A DNA stretch of 64,000 nt from Alkalispirochaeta sp. Its GTDB lineage: Bacteria; Spirochaetota; Spirochaetia; DSM-27196; Alkalispirochaetaceae. Below the pieces are notes generated by a model. The model saw nothing but the letters and a program-made list of their open reading frames with translations. It was not told the DNA's origin and searched no databases. A program made the translations under genes and the position numbers. Below, in pieces: positions 31,909 to 40,838 of this stretch; within the stretch, counting starts at the first letter, position 1; every line of letters starts with the position of its first letter. The stretch covers positions 128,001-192,000 of the forward strand of contig CBDESZ010000004.1 of assembly GCA_965242725.1 (NCBI GenBank). The letters run 5' to 3'.

Positions 31909-31978
31909 TAGGTGTGCCTGTACCGGGTGACGGCAGGCGATTCCTGTTGGCATATTCCCACACAGGGAGGTAGACAAC

Positions 31979-32500
31979 ATGCGTATTGCCAGTCTCATAC
32001 ACAACGACTTTGAAGACCTTGAATTCTGGTATCCCACAATGCGGCTGCAGGAGGCGGGGTACACGGTGGATGTCGTCGGAGAACGAACGGGGGAACGCTA
32101 CACCGGAAAGTACGGCGTTCCCGCCGTTGCAACCCACGGATTTGGTGACTTGAACGCCGCCGACTACGATGGTGTCCTCGTTCCCGGAGGGTGGGCCCCC
32201 GACAAGATCCGTCGATTCGACGCCGTCCTCACCTTTGTCCGGGAGATGAACGGCGCGGGCAAGGTGATCGGCCAGATCTGCCACGCCGGATGGGTGCTGA
32301 TCTCCGCGGGAATCCTGCAGGGGAAAACGGTAACGAGCACGCCCGGGATCAGGGACGACATGACCAACGCCGGCGCCACCTGGGTGGACAAGGCGGTCGT
32401 CATTGACGGGAATATCGTGAGCAGCCGACGCCCCCCGGATTTGCCGGAGTACGGAAAAGCGTTGCTGGAGGTATTGGGCCGGTCTGGAGGCTCACGGTAA
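31979..32500 (+). CDS. PfpI/DJ-1 family protein
   Basis: FEDLEFWYP, PGGWAPD, ICHAGW, SSRRPPDL. Confidence 0.93.
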   Translation: MRIASLIHNDFEDLEFWYPTMRLQEAGYTVDVVGERTGERYTGKYGVPAVATHGFGDLNAADYDGVLVPGGWAPDKIRRFDAVLTFVREMNGAGKVIGQICHAGWVLISAGILQGKTVTSTPGIRDDMTNAGATWVDKAVVIDGNIVSSRRPPDLPEYGKALLEVLGRSGGSR

Positions 32501-32536
32501 CGCCCCGTATCAACATAGACCGCGGCGAGGATTGAA

Positions 32537-32932
32537 ATGAAAAAACGGTACAAGGTTCTGCTGTTCATTCTTGTTCTTCTCGTCGGAGCTGTCGCGGTCG
32601 GCGGCGTCCTGATCGCCCGGGCGACGCAAAGGTTTGAAACCTATTTGTCCACAGTCGAAATCACTCCGGTCGATCTCGGCAATGTGTCCGACGGCACCTA
32701 CCACGCCAGGGTCGACACCGGGGTCATTCTCGTCGAGCTCCAGGCGGTGGTAATGGACCACGCACTCCGGGACATCACACTGCTGAAGCATCGCAACGGG
32801 CAGGGTACGGCGGCGGAGGCGATCATTCCCCGTATTCTTCGGGAACAGCGCATTGATGTGGACACCGTAGCGGGAGCAACCTACAGCAGCCTGGTCATAC
32901 AGGATGCGTTGGGCCGGGCGTTGAACGAATAA
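32537..32932 (+). CDS. Membrane-anchored FMN-binding (flavinylation motif) protein
   Basis: N-terminal TM, DGTY, VDTVAGATYSS. Confidence 0.87.
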   Translation: MKKRYKVLLFILVLLVGAVAVGGVLIARATQRFETYLSTVEITPVDLGNVSDGTYHARVDTGVILVELQAVVMDHALRDITLLKHRNGQGTAAEAIIPRILREQRIDVDTVAGATYSSLVIQDALGRALNE

Positions 32933-32958
32933 CGTTCCGGTCGCCCGGTATTGCCCCT

Positions 32959-33408
32959 CTATGACTCAAGGGGAAAACAAATCTCCGTCTGCAGTTGTTC
33001 TTCCGGCACCTCATCCGGGCTGTTGAGATAGAGCTCATACATCCACGGTGTCACCTTGAGGCCGTTTTTCTCGATGTGAGTCATCACGGGAGTGTAGGTC
33101 TTCTCAAGGGTCGCGTAGGATCCGGTATGAATCGCCGAGAGAACCCTGCCGCCCGGTATCGCTCCGCCCTCGATTCGTCCTTCCCCGGTCACCGCTCTAT
33201 CAACGGGGAAACCCGCTTCGATTTGCAGCGCTTCCATATCGGCGTTGCGGTACAACACGAAGGGAGGTCCCGTCATCGAAAGTTCGCTCTTCTGAAGATA
33301 CCCCATGAGTTCTCCGTAGATACCGCCCAGCACGGCGGGCAGCTCCCGGACGGACGTCGTGGTTTTTACGACGATTGTCTTCCTCTCGGGCATTTCCTTG
33401 ATTTCCAT
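32959..33408 (-). CDS. GyrI-like small-molecule-binding protein
   Basis: HTGSYATL, ELYLNSP, LQTEICFP; AAGGAG RBS. Confidence 0.9.
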   Translation of the reverse strand: MEIKEMPERKTIVVKTTTSVRELPAVLGGIYGELMGYLQKSELSMTGPPFVLYRNADMEALQIEAGFPVDRAVTGEGRIEGGAIPGGRVLSAIHTGSYATLEKTYTPVMTHIEKNGLKVTPWMYELYLNSPDEVPEEQLQTEICFPLES

Positions 33409-33436
33409 CGTTCAGCTCCTTGATAACAAGATAGCC

Positions 33437-33473
33437 GAGGATATCAGAAGAAATACGACAACAGCGTGTCATA
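33437..33473 (-). promoter_or_regulatory. Candidate WYL-regulator site and extended -10 for the gyrI-like gene
   Basis: Minus strand TATGACA-N6-TGTCGTA (33473-33454), followed by TGaTATCCT. Confidence 0.55.
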
Positions 33474-33474
33474 G

Positions 33475-34419
33475 TCATTGCGGGGAGGCATACATTTTTA
33501 CGATATTCCGGGCTCCGTCGGCGATAACGGCACGCAAACGGGACGGACTGACAACCTCCACAAAGGCGCCAAAGGAAAGGATATACCCGTAGAGCCATCC
33601 GTCCTCGGGCATCCGGGTATGGACAATGGCGCTGCCGTCGTCCTGCCGTTCCCACGAGTCGGCGGGGTAAAACTCCTCTACAAGGGAGGTCATGGGAGGC
33701 AGAAAGCGGAGCACAAGGTCTATAGCGGTTTCGGCGTTTGGTGATTCCGTCTCGGTCACAAATTGCTCAAAGGAGCGATCTCTCGGGACGAATCGTTCCG
33801 GAAGGAGCGCTGCGTTTTTGATGCGGGAGATGCGGAAGAGACGGTATCCTTCCCTGAGGCGGCAGTAGCCGTAGAGATACCATGACCGCCACCTGAAGAC
33901 GATGGTCATCGGTTCCACCACGCGGGAGATGTTCTCCAGTTTGTTGTTTGTATAGGAGAAGCTGAGAAGACGCTCCCGGTCCACCGCCGTTCTCACCGTC
34001 TGGAAGGTTTCGCGATGGCGGGGATCACCACCGAGCATACTGAAATCGATGAAGAGCTTCCGGGATTTGCCGGCGAGAACATCGAGCCCACGGTCGGGAA
34101 GGAGGGTTCGTACCTTTTCAAGGGTCAGGTCGATCCCCTCGTCCGGTAATGATGATCCGATACTCTCAAGGGCGGTGATGATGTAGTAGAAATCCTCCGC
34201 CGACATGAGCTGCCGGTCCATCTTGAAGGAGTCGACGATTCCGTATCCTCCGCCCGAACCCTGGACGGCGTATATGGGAATCCCCGCCAGTTCTATCGCC
34301 TCCAGGTCGCGCTGAATCGTCCGGGCGGAAACGTGAAAGCGCTCGGCCATTTCCCGTGCCGAAGCGCGCTCCCGATTGAGCAAATAGATCACGATGGAAA
34401 GGAGGCGGTCGGTTTTCAT
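33475..34419 (-). CDS. YafY family HTH-WYL-WCX regulator
   Basis: VSARTIQRDL, GGGYG, RVVEP, WYLYGYC, FRISRI, VVSPSRLR. Confidence 0.94.
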   Translation of the reverse strand: MKTDRLLSIVIYLLNRERASAREMAERFHVSARTIQRDLEAIELAGIPIYAVQGSGGGYGIVDSFKMDRQLMSAEDFYYIITALESIGSSLPDEGIDLTLEKVRTLLPDRGLDVLAGKSRKLFIDFSMLGGDPRHRETFQTVRTAVDRERLLSFSYTNNKLENISRVVEPMTIVFRWRSWYLYGYCRLREGYRLFRISRIKNAALLPERFVPRDRSFEQFVTETESPNAETAIDLVLRFLPPMTSLVEEFYPADSWERQDDGSAIVHTRMPEDGWLYGYILSFGAFVEVVSPSRLRAVIADGARNIVKMYASPQ

Positions 34420-34428
34420 GGTCCGGGT

Positions 34429-36345
34429 CTACGGCGCCTCCAGCATGAGCGGCTCCCCTTCGACCGCCTTCAATCTGAAGAACGAAATTGAATGCCGCAG
34501 GTGCTCAGCCTGGCCTGAAAGCTCTTCCGACATTGAGGCGACTTCCTCCGAAGATGCGGCGGTCTGCTGCACCATCTGGTCGAGCTGGGAGAGGGCGGAA
34601 TTGATCTGGTCCGCACCGGCGTGCTGTTCGCCGCTTGAGGCATTTATTTCCTGGACGAGGTCCGCGGTTTTCCGTATTTCCGGGACGATCGCGAGGATCA
34701 TTTCTCCTGCATGTTGTGCGACGGCTACGCTGTTACGTGAAAGCTCCGCGATTTCGCCGGCCGCCTGCTGACTCCGCTCCGCCAGTTTGCGTACTTCAGA
34801 GGCGACAACGGCAAAACCCCGTCCCTCCTCACCGGCCCGTGCCGCTTCTATCGCCGCGTTGAGGGCGAGGAGGTTGGTGTTCCGGGCGATATCCTCAATT
34901 ATTGAGATTTTTTCGGCAATTTGACGCATGGCACTCACCGTTTCGTCCACGGCCCTACCGCCCTTTTCCGCATGTTCCGCGACGTGAATGGCGATCTTTT
35001 CCGTTGCCTGTGCATTGTCGGCGTTCTGTTTTATGCTGGAACCCATTTCCTCCATGGAGGCGGATACCTCTTCCGTCGATGCCGCCTGTTCCGTTGCGCT
35101 CTGGGACAACTCCTGTGCGGCGGAACTCAATTGTTCACTACCGGCGCGGACGCTCTCTGCGGCGACCTTGACGTCGCCGACTATCGCGACCAGTTTGTCC
35201 TGCATTCCTTTCACTGCCTGTGCAAGCTGTCCCGTTTCGTCTTTCCGGTCGATCGTAATCGTCGAACTCAGATCGCCCCGCGCAACGACGCCAACCGAGG
35301 CAATGACGTTTCGAATAGGCCCGACGATGCTGCGGGTCATGAGCGGTGTTATCACAATTCCTGCGATGAGTGCGACGAGTCCGATCAGGACAACCATTCG
35401 TCGGGTCTGCTCAGCAAGGGATAGCATGACGTCGTCGGTCATGATATGTGCCGCCGCCGTCGAGGTAATCTCCTGAAGGAGCAACTGTACCTCGCCGAGG
35501 GCGATTCTTGTATCCTGAGCGTAGATTCGTTCCGCCTCGTCGATGTGCGCGAGCAGACCATCGTGCCAGTCAATGAGCCCCTTGAGCGCGCCGAGGGTGG
35601 TCGCGGCGTAAACGGTTGTCTCGTCGTTGAAGAGACGCTCTACCCCCGACGTATCCCCGATATTTCTCAACGCGATGATATCTGCCGCCGACTGGTGGAG
35701 CGCTGCATGGGGCGTATAAATCGGCGAAAGGGCGCGGTCAAAATCACGATCGACACGTCGTCGGTTCTCGGTCTCTTCCGCATACAGCCACGATCCGAGA
35801 CTGCATTGGGTGTGATCGAGAATGATATCCGTTCCGGAGTAGTCGGCGTCTATGAGGAGCATTGCAACGTTGTTTTTCCATTCCAGATGATCCACTTGTT
35901 TCTCCCGGAGGAACGACCCGAGGGATGGATCGGCGTCTACATAGAAATCGTCTATGCGAATTGCCGAATCGTGAAGGCGCGTGTGGGGATCCTCGATTGC
36001 GGCGAGGGGAACGGCAAGTTGCGGAACCATGCGTTCCGCCTCGATGCGGGCATCGCCATAATACCACCGACCGAAGGTGCACCGCCGCGGATCGGTTTCC
36101 ACGGTCAACTCGTGAATCGTCGCGTCCGTGAAGAGGGCACTTACATCGCCGGCCCAGTTCAGGTGGTCAACCTCACGCTGGACGATATTTGCATGCAGTT
36201 CATTTCCGTGAATGACCTCCTGGGCATTTCCGACGATCCCCCGGACTCCGAATACGGACCAGGCAACAACGACGACCTGCAGTGCTAGAACCGCACCAAA
36301 CCCAATCGACAATTTGGTCCTGAGACCAAAGTCCTTCCAACGCAT
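34429..36345 (-). CDS. Methyl-accepting chemotaxis protein with two CZB-like domains
   Basis: DHLNW..CTFGRW..PHTRLH and DHLEW..CSLGSW..PHAALH between two TM helices; [22 protein letters not shown] before ATG 36345. Confidence 0.92.
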   Translation of the reverse strand: MRWKDFGLRTKLSIGFGAVLALQVVVVAWSVFGVRGIVGNAQEVIHGNELHANIVQREVDHLNWAGDVSALFTDATIHELTVETDPRRCTFGRWYYGDARIEAERMVPQLAVPLAAIEDPHTRLHDSAIRIDDFYVDADPSLGSFLREKQVDHLEWKNNVAMLLIDADYSGTDIILDHTQCSLGSWLYAEETENRRRVDRDFDRALSPIYTPHAALHQSAADIIALRNIGDTSGVERLFNDETTVYAATTLGALKGLIDWHDGLLAHIDEAERIYAQDTRIALGEVQLLLQEITSTAAAHIMTDDVMLSLAEQTRRMVVLIGLVALIAGIVITPLMTRSIVGPIRNVIASVGVVARGDLSSTITIDRKDETGQLAQAVKGMQDKLVAIVGDVKVAAESVRAGSEQLSSAAQELSQSATEQAASTEEVSASMEEMGSSIKQNADNAQATEKIAIHVAEHAEKGGRAVDETVSAMRQIAEKISIIEDIARNTNLLALNAAIEAARAGEEGRGFAVVASEVRKLAERSQQAAGEIAELSRNSVAVAQHAGEMILAIVPEIRKTADLVQEINASSGEQHAGADQINSALSQLDQMVQQTAASSEEVASMSEELSGQAEHLRHSISFFRLKAVEGEPLMLEAP

Positions 36346-36488
36346 TCCAAACCTCCGTCCCGGCGTCCAGGCAATAAAAAAATATCGATTTAAACGTTGC
36401 GGAATGGTACCACCGTAATGATCCACGGGCAATTCATTTTTCTTTTGACAGTCGATCGTCCTGCCCTTTCTACGGATCGAAAAAGAGC

Positions 36489-36526
36489 TTTCCATGAGTC
36501 TCCCTGTCGTGTATAATGTCATTACA
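36489..36526 (+). promoter_or_regulatory. Promoter and candidate operator for the GntR gene
   Basis: TTTCCA-17-TATAAT (36489-36517), overlapped by TGTCATTACA (36517-36526). Confidence 0.55.
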
Positions 36527-36579
36527 AAAGTACAAATAGATAGGACAACGGATCAGGCAGAAGCCTGAAAGGTGTGAGT

Positions 36580-37335
36580 ATGGCGACAAACCGGAGAATC
36601 AATAAAAACATTCCGATCCCCATGTACTATCAATTAAAAGAGATCCTTCTCGATATGATTGACGACCGGGAGGTGGGTGATCCGCTCCCGACGGAAAAAG
36701 AGTTGTGCGAACAGTACGATGTCAGTCGGACGACCGTTCGCCAGGCCCTTCAGGATCTCGTGGTGGAGGGATATCTCAACCGGATGAAAGGGAAGGGAAC
36801 ATTCGTCGCCGAACCGAAAATCAGTCAGGACTTTCTCATTGTGCTGGAGAGTTTTGAGAAAGAAATGCGTTCAAAAGGGCTCTCACCGAGCACGCAGGTT
36901 CTTGAGTTTGGAAAAAGTGAATCGACAAGCCGCATTGCCACGCAGTTGCGACTTTCCGTGAGTACGGATGTCTACTTTTTACAGCGACTGCGTTTTGCAG
37001 ACAATGAACCGATCGTTGTGGTCAATACCTATCTTCCCATCGGACTGCTGCCGGGGCTGGAGGATCACGACCTGGCGGCCGAGTCCCTGTACAGTGTGAT
37101 TGAAAATGGTTACGGCTATAAAATAGCCAGGGCGCGGCGTAGTCTGGAAGCGGTTGCGGCGGAAGACTGGGTTGCACGACTGCTCTCCCTTCGAGCCGGT
37201 GCACCGGTACAGTACATTGAGACGGTTACTGAACTTGTCGACGGGACGCCGGTAGAATATTCAAACGCCTGGTACCGGGGTGACCGAAACAAGTTCGCCT
37301 TCGAGCTGGTTGCTCCTTCGGGAAGTCTGAGTTGA
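36580..37335 (+). CDS. GntR family regulator, HutC/UTRA subfamily
   Basis: PMYYQL, LPTEKEL, VSRTTVRQAL, GKGTFV, UTRA SLY...YRGDR. Confidence 0.95.
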   Translation: MATNRRINKNIPIPMYYQLKEILLDMIDDREVGDPLPTEKELCEQYDVSRTTVRQALQDLVVEGYLNRMKGKGTFVAEPKISQDFLIVLESFEKEMRSKGLSPSTQVLEFGKSESTSRIATQLRLSVSTDVYFLQRLRFADNEPIVVVNTYLPIGLLPGLEDHDLAAESLYSVIENGYGYKIARARRSLEAVAAEDWVARLLSLRAGAPVQYIETVTELVDGTPVEYSNAWYRGDRNKFAFELVAPSGSLS

Positions 37336-37371
37336 TTCTCCGTACCGTCCTCCGCACCCCGTCCCCCCCGG

Positions 37372-37812
37372 TCAGGGAGTAATGACTACCTTGATCGGAT
37401 CATCCTCGCGGTCTAGAACCATGCGCATCGCCTCGTCGATCTTTTCAAGCGGCAGGACGTGGGAAATGAGTGAATCACCGTCTATGCGGCCGTCGGCGAG
37501 GAGTTGCAGCATTTTCGGAAAGTAGAGCGCCGGCGCCGCGTGCGACGCCCGAAGCTGCAGTTTCCGAAAGTGAAAATCATTTGCGTCTATATGCAGCGCG
37601 GCGCCGGGCACATACTCAATTCCAATGTAGGAAATAATTCCTCCATAGTTCATCCGGGGGATCGCGTCGGAAATGGCGGAAACGGAGGCAGAGACCAGCG
37701 CTCTATCGACGCCGCCTGACCGAAAGGTAGTGGACGTGAGGGGTGTCTGAGATGTTGCAATGACCTCGTCGGCTCCCAGCAGTCGTGCCGCTTCCGTTCG
37801 GCGTCCCCGGGA
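37372..37812 (-). pseudogene. C-terminal remnant of a zinc-binding (MDR) dehydrogenase
   Basis: AARLLGADEVI, LISHVLPLEKIDEAM, IKVVITP are present; the catalytic N-domain and GxGxxG are absent; boundary approximate. Confidence 0.75.
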
Positions 37813-38272
37813 GCGGGGTCTTGAACTCCCGGGGCGGACACTCGGCATTGTCGGCTGCGGTGCGGTTGGACAGGTTCTCGCCCGGCTCGGTCTCGGATTC
37901 GGCATGAATGTGATCGCCTTCGACCCATTCCCGGCGCAGGACTTCTTCCCCGGGGAGGGCTTCTCCTATTCAACGATGGATGAACTCCTCCTGCGGAGCG
38001 ACGTCATATCGCTGCACTGTCCTCCCCTGAAGGAGCGATTTGTCATAGGGAAGGACGAACTGAAGCGGGCAAAGCGGGGTGTCTTCCTGATCAATACGGC
38101 GCGGGGGTACGCCGTCGATGCCTATGCCACGGAACCACCGACGGACCGGAGGATCGTCAGTCATCCGGCGGTAATCTCGACCCCCCATATAGGAGGCAAT
38201 ACTGAAGAAAGCGTCGACAGGGCGATGGAAATCGCGGTGAAACAACTCCTTGAGGTGCTGGGGGAACGGTGA
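37805..38272 (+). pseudogene. C-terminal remnant of a D-2-hydroxyacid/phosphoglycerate dehydrogenase
   Basis: GLELPGRTLGIVGCGAVG, SDVISLHCP, INTARG, TPHIGG; N-domain missing and the segment after INTARG deleted; boundary approximate. Confidence 0.8.
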
Positions 38273-38273
38273 T

Positions 38274-39122
38274 ATGGTGATCGCACGGCGTCGAAAGTTG
38301 CAGGAGTGGTGGCATGAAGTGCGGCCGGAAAGAAATATTTCCCTGGCGTGGATCGGTCAGGCAGGTTTCTTGCTCCGTCTCGGCCAGGTGAAGGTTATCA
38401 TCGATCCCTATCTTTCCGATTCACTGGCAGAGAAGTACCGGGGCACCCATTTCCCCCATCGCCGCATGATGGAAGTACCCATTAAACCATCCCTTCTCAC
38501 CGGAACCGACCTCCTGTTGTGCACCCACGAACACACAGATCACCTTGACGGGGTCACGGTATCGGCAATCTGCGCCGCCAATTCCTCTCTGTCGGTTGTG
38601 GTACCGAGATTTTCCGCGTCAACCGCCATCGTGAGGGGTGTTCCGCCGGAGCGCCTTGTAACGATGGACGCCGGCGAAAGGTGGCGCTCTCCTCTGGGCG
38701 TGACCGTTGAAGCGATCCCCGCCGCCCATGAAACGGCCCCCTGCGACCGTTACGGAAACCATAAGTACCTCGGGTACCGCATGGAGCACGCCGGAACGGT
38801 GGTGTATCATTCGGGAGATACCGTACCCTTTGCCCCCCTTGAAGATCGTCTCGCCCGGGAAAACCGAATAGATCTCGCCCTGTTTCCGTCCAATGGACGT
38901 GACGAGGTGAGGACGCAGCACGGTATCCCCGGAAACATGACCGCCGAAGAGGCGATCGTCTACCACCGCCGATTTTCGGTCTCGCACACAATACTGCACC
39001 ATTTCGGTATGTTTGATTTCAACACCCGTGATCCGGAAGAGCTGGCGATGCTTATATCACGGGAATCTCTGAATGAAGAAGTGTTCGTACCGAAGATCGG
39101 GACCGTATACGAATTGCAATAA
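38274..39122 (+). CDS. MBL-fold metallohydrolase (UlaG-like lactonase)
   Basis: WIGQAGF, IDPYLS, THEHTDH, YHSGDT, GNMT, HFGMF. Confidence 0.88.
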   Translation: MVIARRRKLQEWWHEVRPERNISLAWIGQAGFLLRLGQVKVIIDPYLSDSLAEKYRGTHFPHRRMMEVPIKPSLLTGTDLLLCTHEHTDHLDGVTVSAICAANSSLSVVVPRFSASTAIVRGVPPERLVTMDAGERWRSPLGVTVEAIPAAHETAPCDRYGNHKYLGYRMEHAGTVVYHSGDTVPFAPLEDRLARENRIDLALFPSNGRDEVRTQHGIPGNMTAEEAIVYHRRFSVSHTILHHFGMFDFNTRDPEELAMLISRESLNEEVFVPKIGTVYELQ

Positions 39123-39153
39123 CCGGAGCAGGTCGGTTGGAAAGGAGACGCCT

Positions 39154-40071
39154 TTGAAAAGGGCACATATCACCGTTGTAGGCAGTAACATGGTCGATCT
39201 CATCACCTACGTCACACGTATGCCTGTGCGCGGGGAGACGATCGAAGCGCCTGAGTTCAGCATGGGCTTTGGCGGCAAGGGGGCAAATCAGGCAGTCGCC
39301 GCGGCAAAACTCGGCGCCGATGTACAGATGGTGACAAAAGTAGGGGATGATCTATTCGGTCCGAACACCCTTGAAAATTTCAAGCGCAACGGTATCGGAA
39401 CGGAATATGTCACCGTTGAACCGGGGTCCTCCAGCGGCGTCGCCCCGATATTTGTCGAGCCCGATTCAAGCAACAGCATACTCATCGTCAAGGGCGCAAA
39501 TGCGGCGCTCTCGCCGGAGGATATCGACAAGGCGATTCCCGTGATCAGGAAAAGTGACCTGGTTGTACTGCAGCTTGAAATACGCATGGAATGCGTTATT
39601 CATACGGTTGAACTGTGCAGGGAGCTTTCGGTACCGGTGCTTCTCAATCCGGCACCGGCGAGTCCGGACCTGCCACTCAACGCGGTGTCTGGCGTTGATT
39701 TTTTTGTACCGAACGAAACAGAACTGCAGCTCGTTACCGGTACGGACGTCGAGACTGTCGACGAATTTGCCGAGGCGGCCCGCTCGCTCGTTTCAAGGGG
39801 CATGAGAAATGTGATCGTCACCCTCGGAGCAAGAGGTGTGCTGGTCGTTACCGGTGAAGGGGTGAAACACATTCCTGCACACCCCGTAGACAGTATCGAT
39901 TCGACAGGTGCGGGAGACGCCTTTATCGGATGCTTTGCCGCGATCTACGGCGAAACCGGGGAGATGGAGCACGCCGTCAGAGCGGCAAACCGATATGCAG
40001 CGATTTCCACGACCAGAAGGGGAACACAGACCTCATTGGGTGGAAGAGACGATATCGCACCCGTTCCGTAG
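39154..40071 (+). CDS. PfkB family ribokinase, deoxyribokinase (DeoK)-like
   Basis: GSNMVDLITY, GGKGANQAVAAAKL, PNETE, DSTGAGDAF; AAGGAG then TTG 39154. Confidence 0.88.
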   Translation: MKRAHITVVGSNMVDLITYVTRMPVRGETIEAPEFSMGFGGKGANQAVAAAKLGADVQMVTKVGDDLFGPNTLENFKRNGIGTEYVTVEPGSSSGVAPIFVEPDSSNSILIVKGANAALSPEDIDKAIPVIRKSDLVVLQLEIRMECVIHTVELCRELSVPVLLNPAPASPDLPLNAVSGVDFFVPNETELQLVTGTDVETVDEFAEAARSLVSRGMRNVIVTLGARGVLVVTGEGVKHIPAHPVDSIDSTGAGDAFIGCFAAIYGETGEMEHAVRAANRYAAISTTRRGTQTSLGGRDDIAPVP

Positions 40072-40146
40072 AGTACTGCACGGTGGGAGTGCCCCGGCCC
40101 CGTTATGTCCACGACGATGCGGGGACAATTGTGTATTATTTCACTC

Positions 40147-40707
40147 ATGAAAACCCGGTATTACACCGCATCGAGTCTGGACGGGTACATCGCGACGGAA
40201 GACGACTCGCTGGAGTGGCTTTTTTCGTTGTCGGACCTTGGTGATTCCAGCTATCCCGAGTTTATTGCCGCCGTGGGGGCGCTGGTGATGGGTTCGTCCA
40301 CCTACCGGTGGCTTCTTGATAACGCCGCCGCGGTTGAGGCGGAGGCGGGTGCACCGTGGCCGTACACCCAGCCGACCTGGGTCTTTTCAACGCGGAAGCT
40401 TCCGGCAATTCCGGGGCATTCCGGTGCTGATGTTCGATTTGTGCGGGGTGACGTTGCCGACTTCTTTGGAGATATGCGTCGCGCCGCAGGCGACAGGGAT
40501 CTCTGGATCGTCGGAGGAGGTGACCTGGCGGGTCAGTTTTACGATGCCGGTCTGTTGGACGAAATCATCGTCCAGATCGGCTCGGTCACTCTGGGCGGCG
40601 GGAAGCCCCTCTTTCCGCGGCGCGTCCTCAGTCCGTCGTTACGGCTCTCTGATGTTCGTCCCATGGGGGAGGAGATGGTGGAACTCAGGTATTCCGTCGT
40701 GAAGTAA
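40147..40707 (+). CDS. Dihydrofolate reductase-like (RibD C-terminal) protein
   Basis: SSLDGYIA, MGSSTY, WIVGGG, LDEIIV, LGGGKPLF. Confidence 0.9.
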   Translation: MKTRYYTASSLDGYIATEDDSLEWLFSLSDLGDSSYPEFIAAVGALVMGSSTYRWLLDNAAAVEAEAGAPWPYTQPTWVFSTRKLPAIPGHSGADVRFVRGDVADFFGDMRRAAGDRDLWIVGGGDLAGQFYDAGLLDEIIVQIGSVTLGGGKPLFPRRVLSPSLRLSDVRPMGEEMVELRYSVVK

Positions 40708-40838
40708 TCAGAAGCCTGTTGATTTTCGCCATCAATTCCTTTCCGGAGAATCACATATTCATTTACAACACATCGTTGCGCCGTAACTCCCCCTGCGGTC
40801 GATAGATTCCGTGCCTCGATCAACAATCTTGTGAATAC

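Noticed and set aside
36346..36522. Possible c-di-GMP riboswitch or N-terminal extension upstream of the chemoreceptor
   Set aside because: No GEMM-like conserved elements seen; a good RBS sits at ATG 36345.
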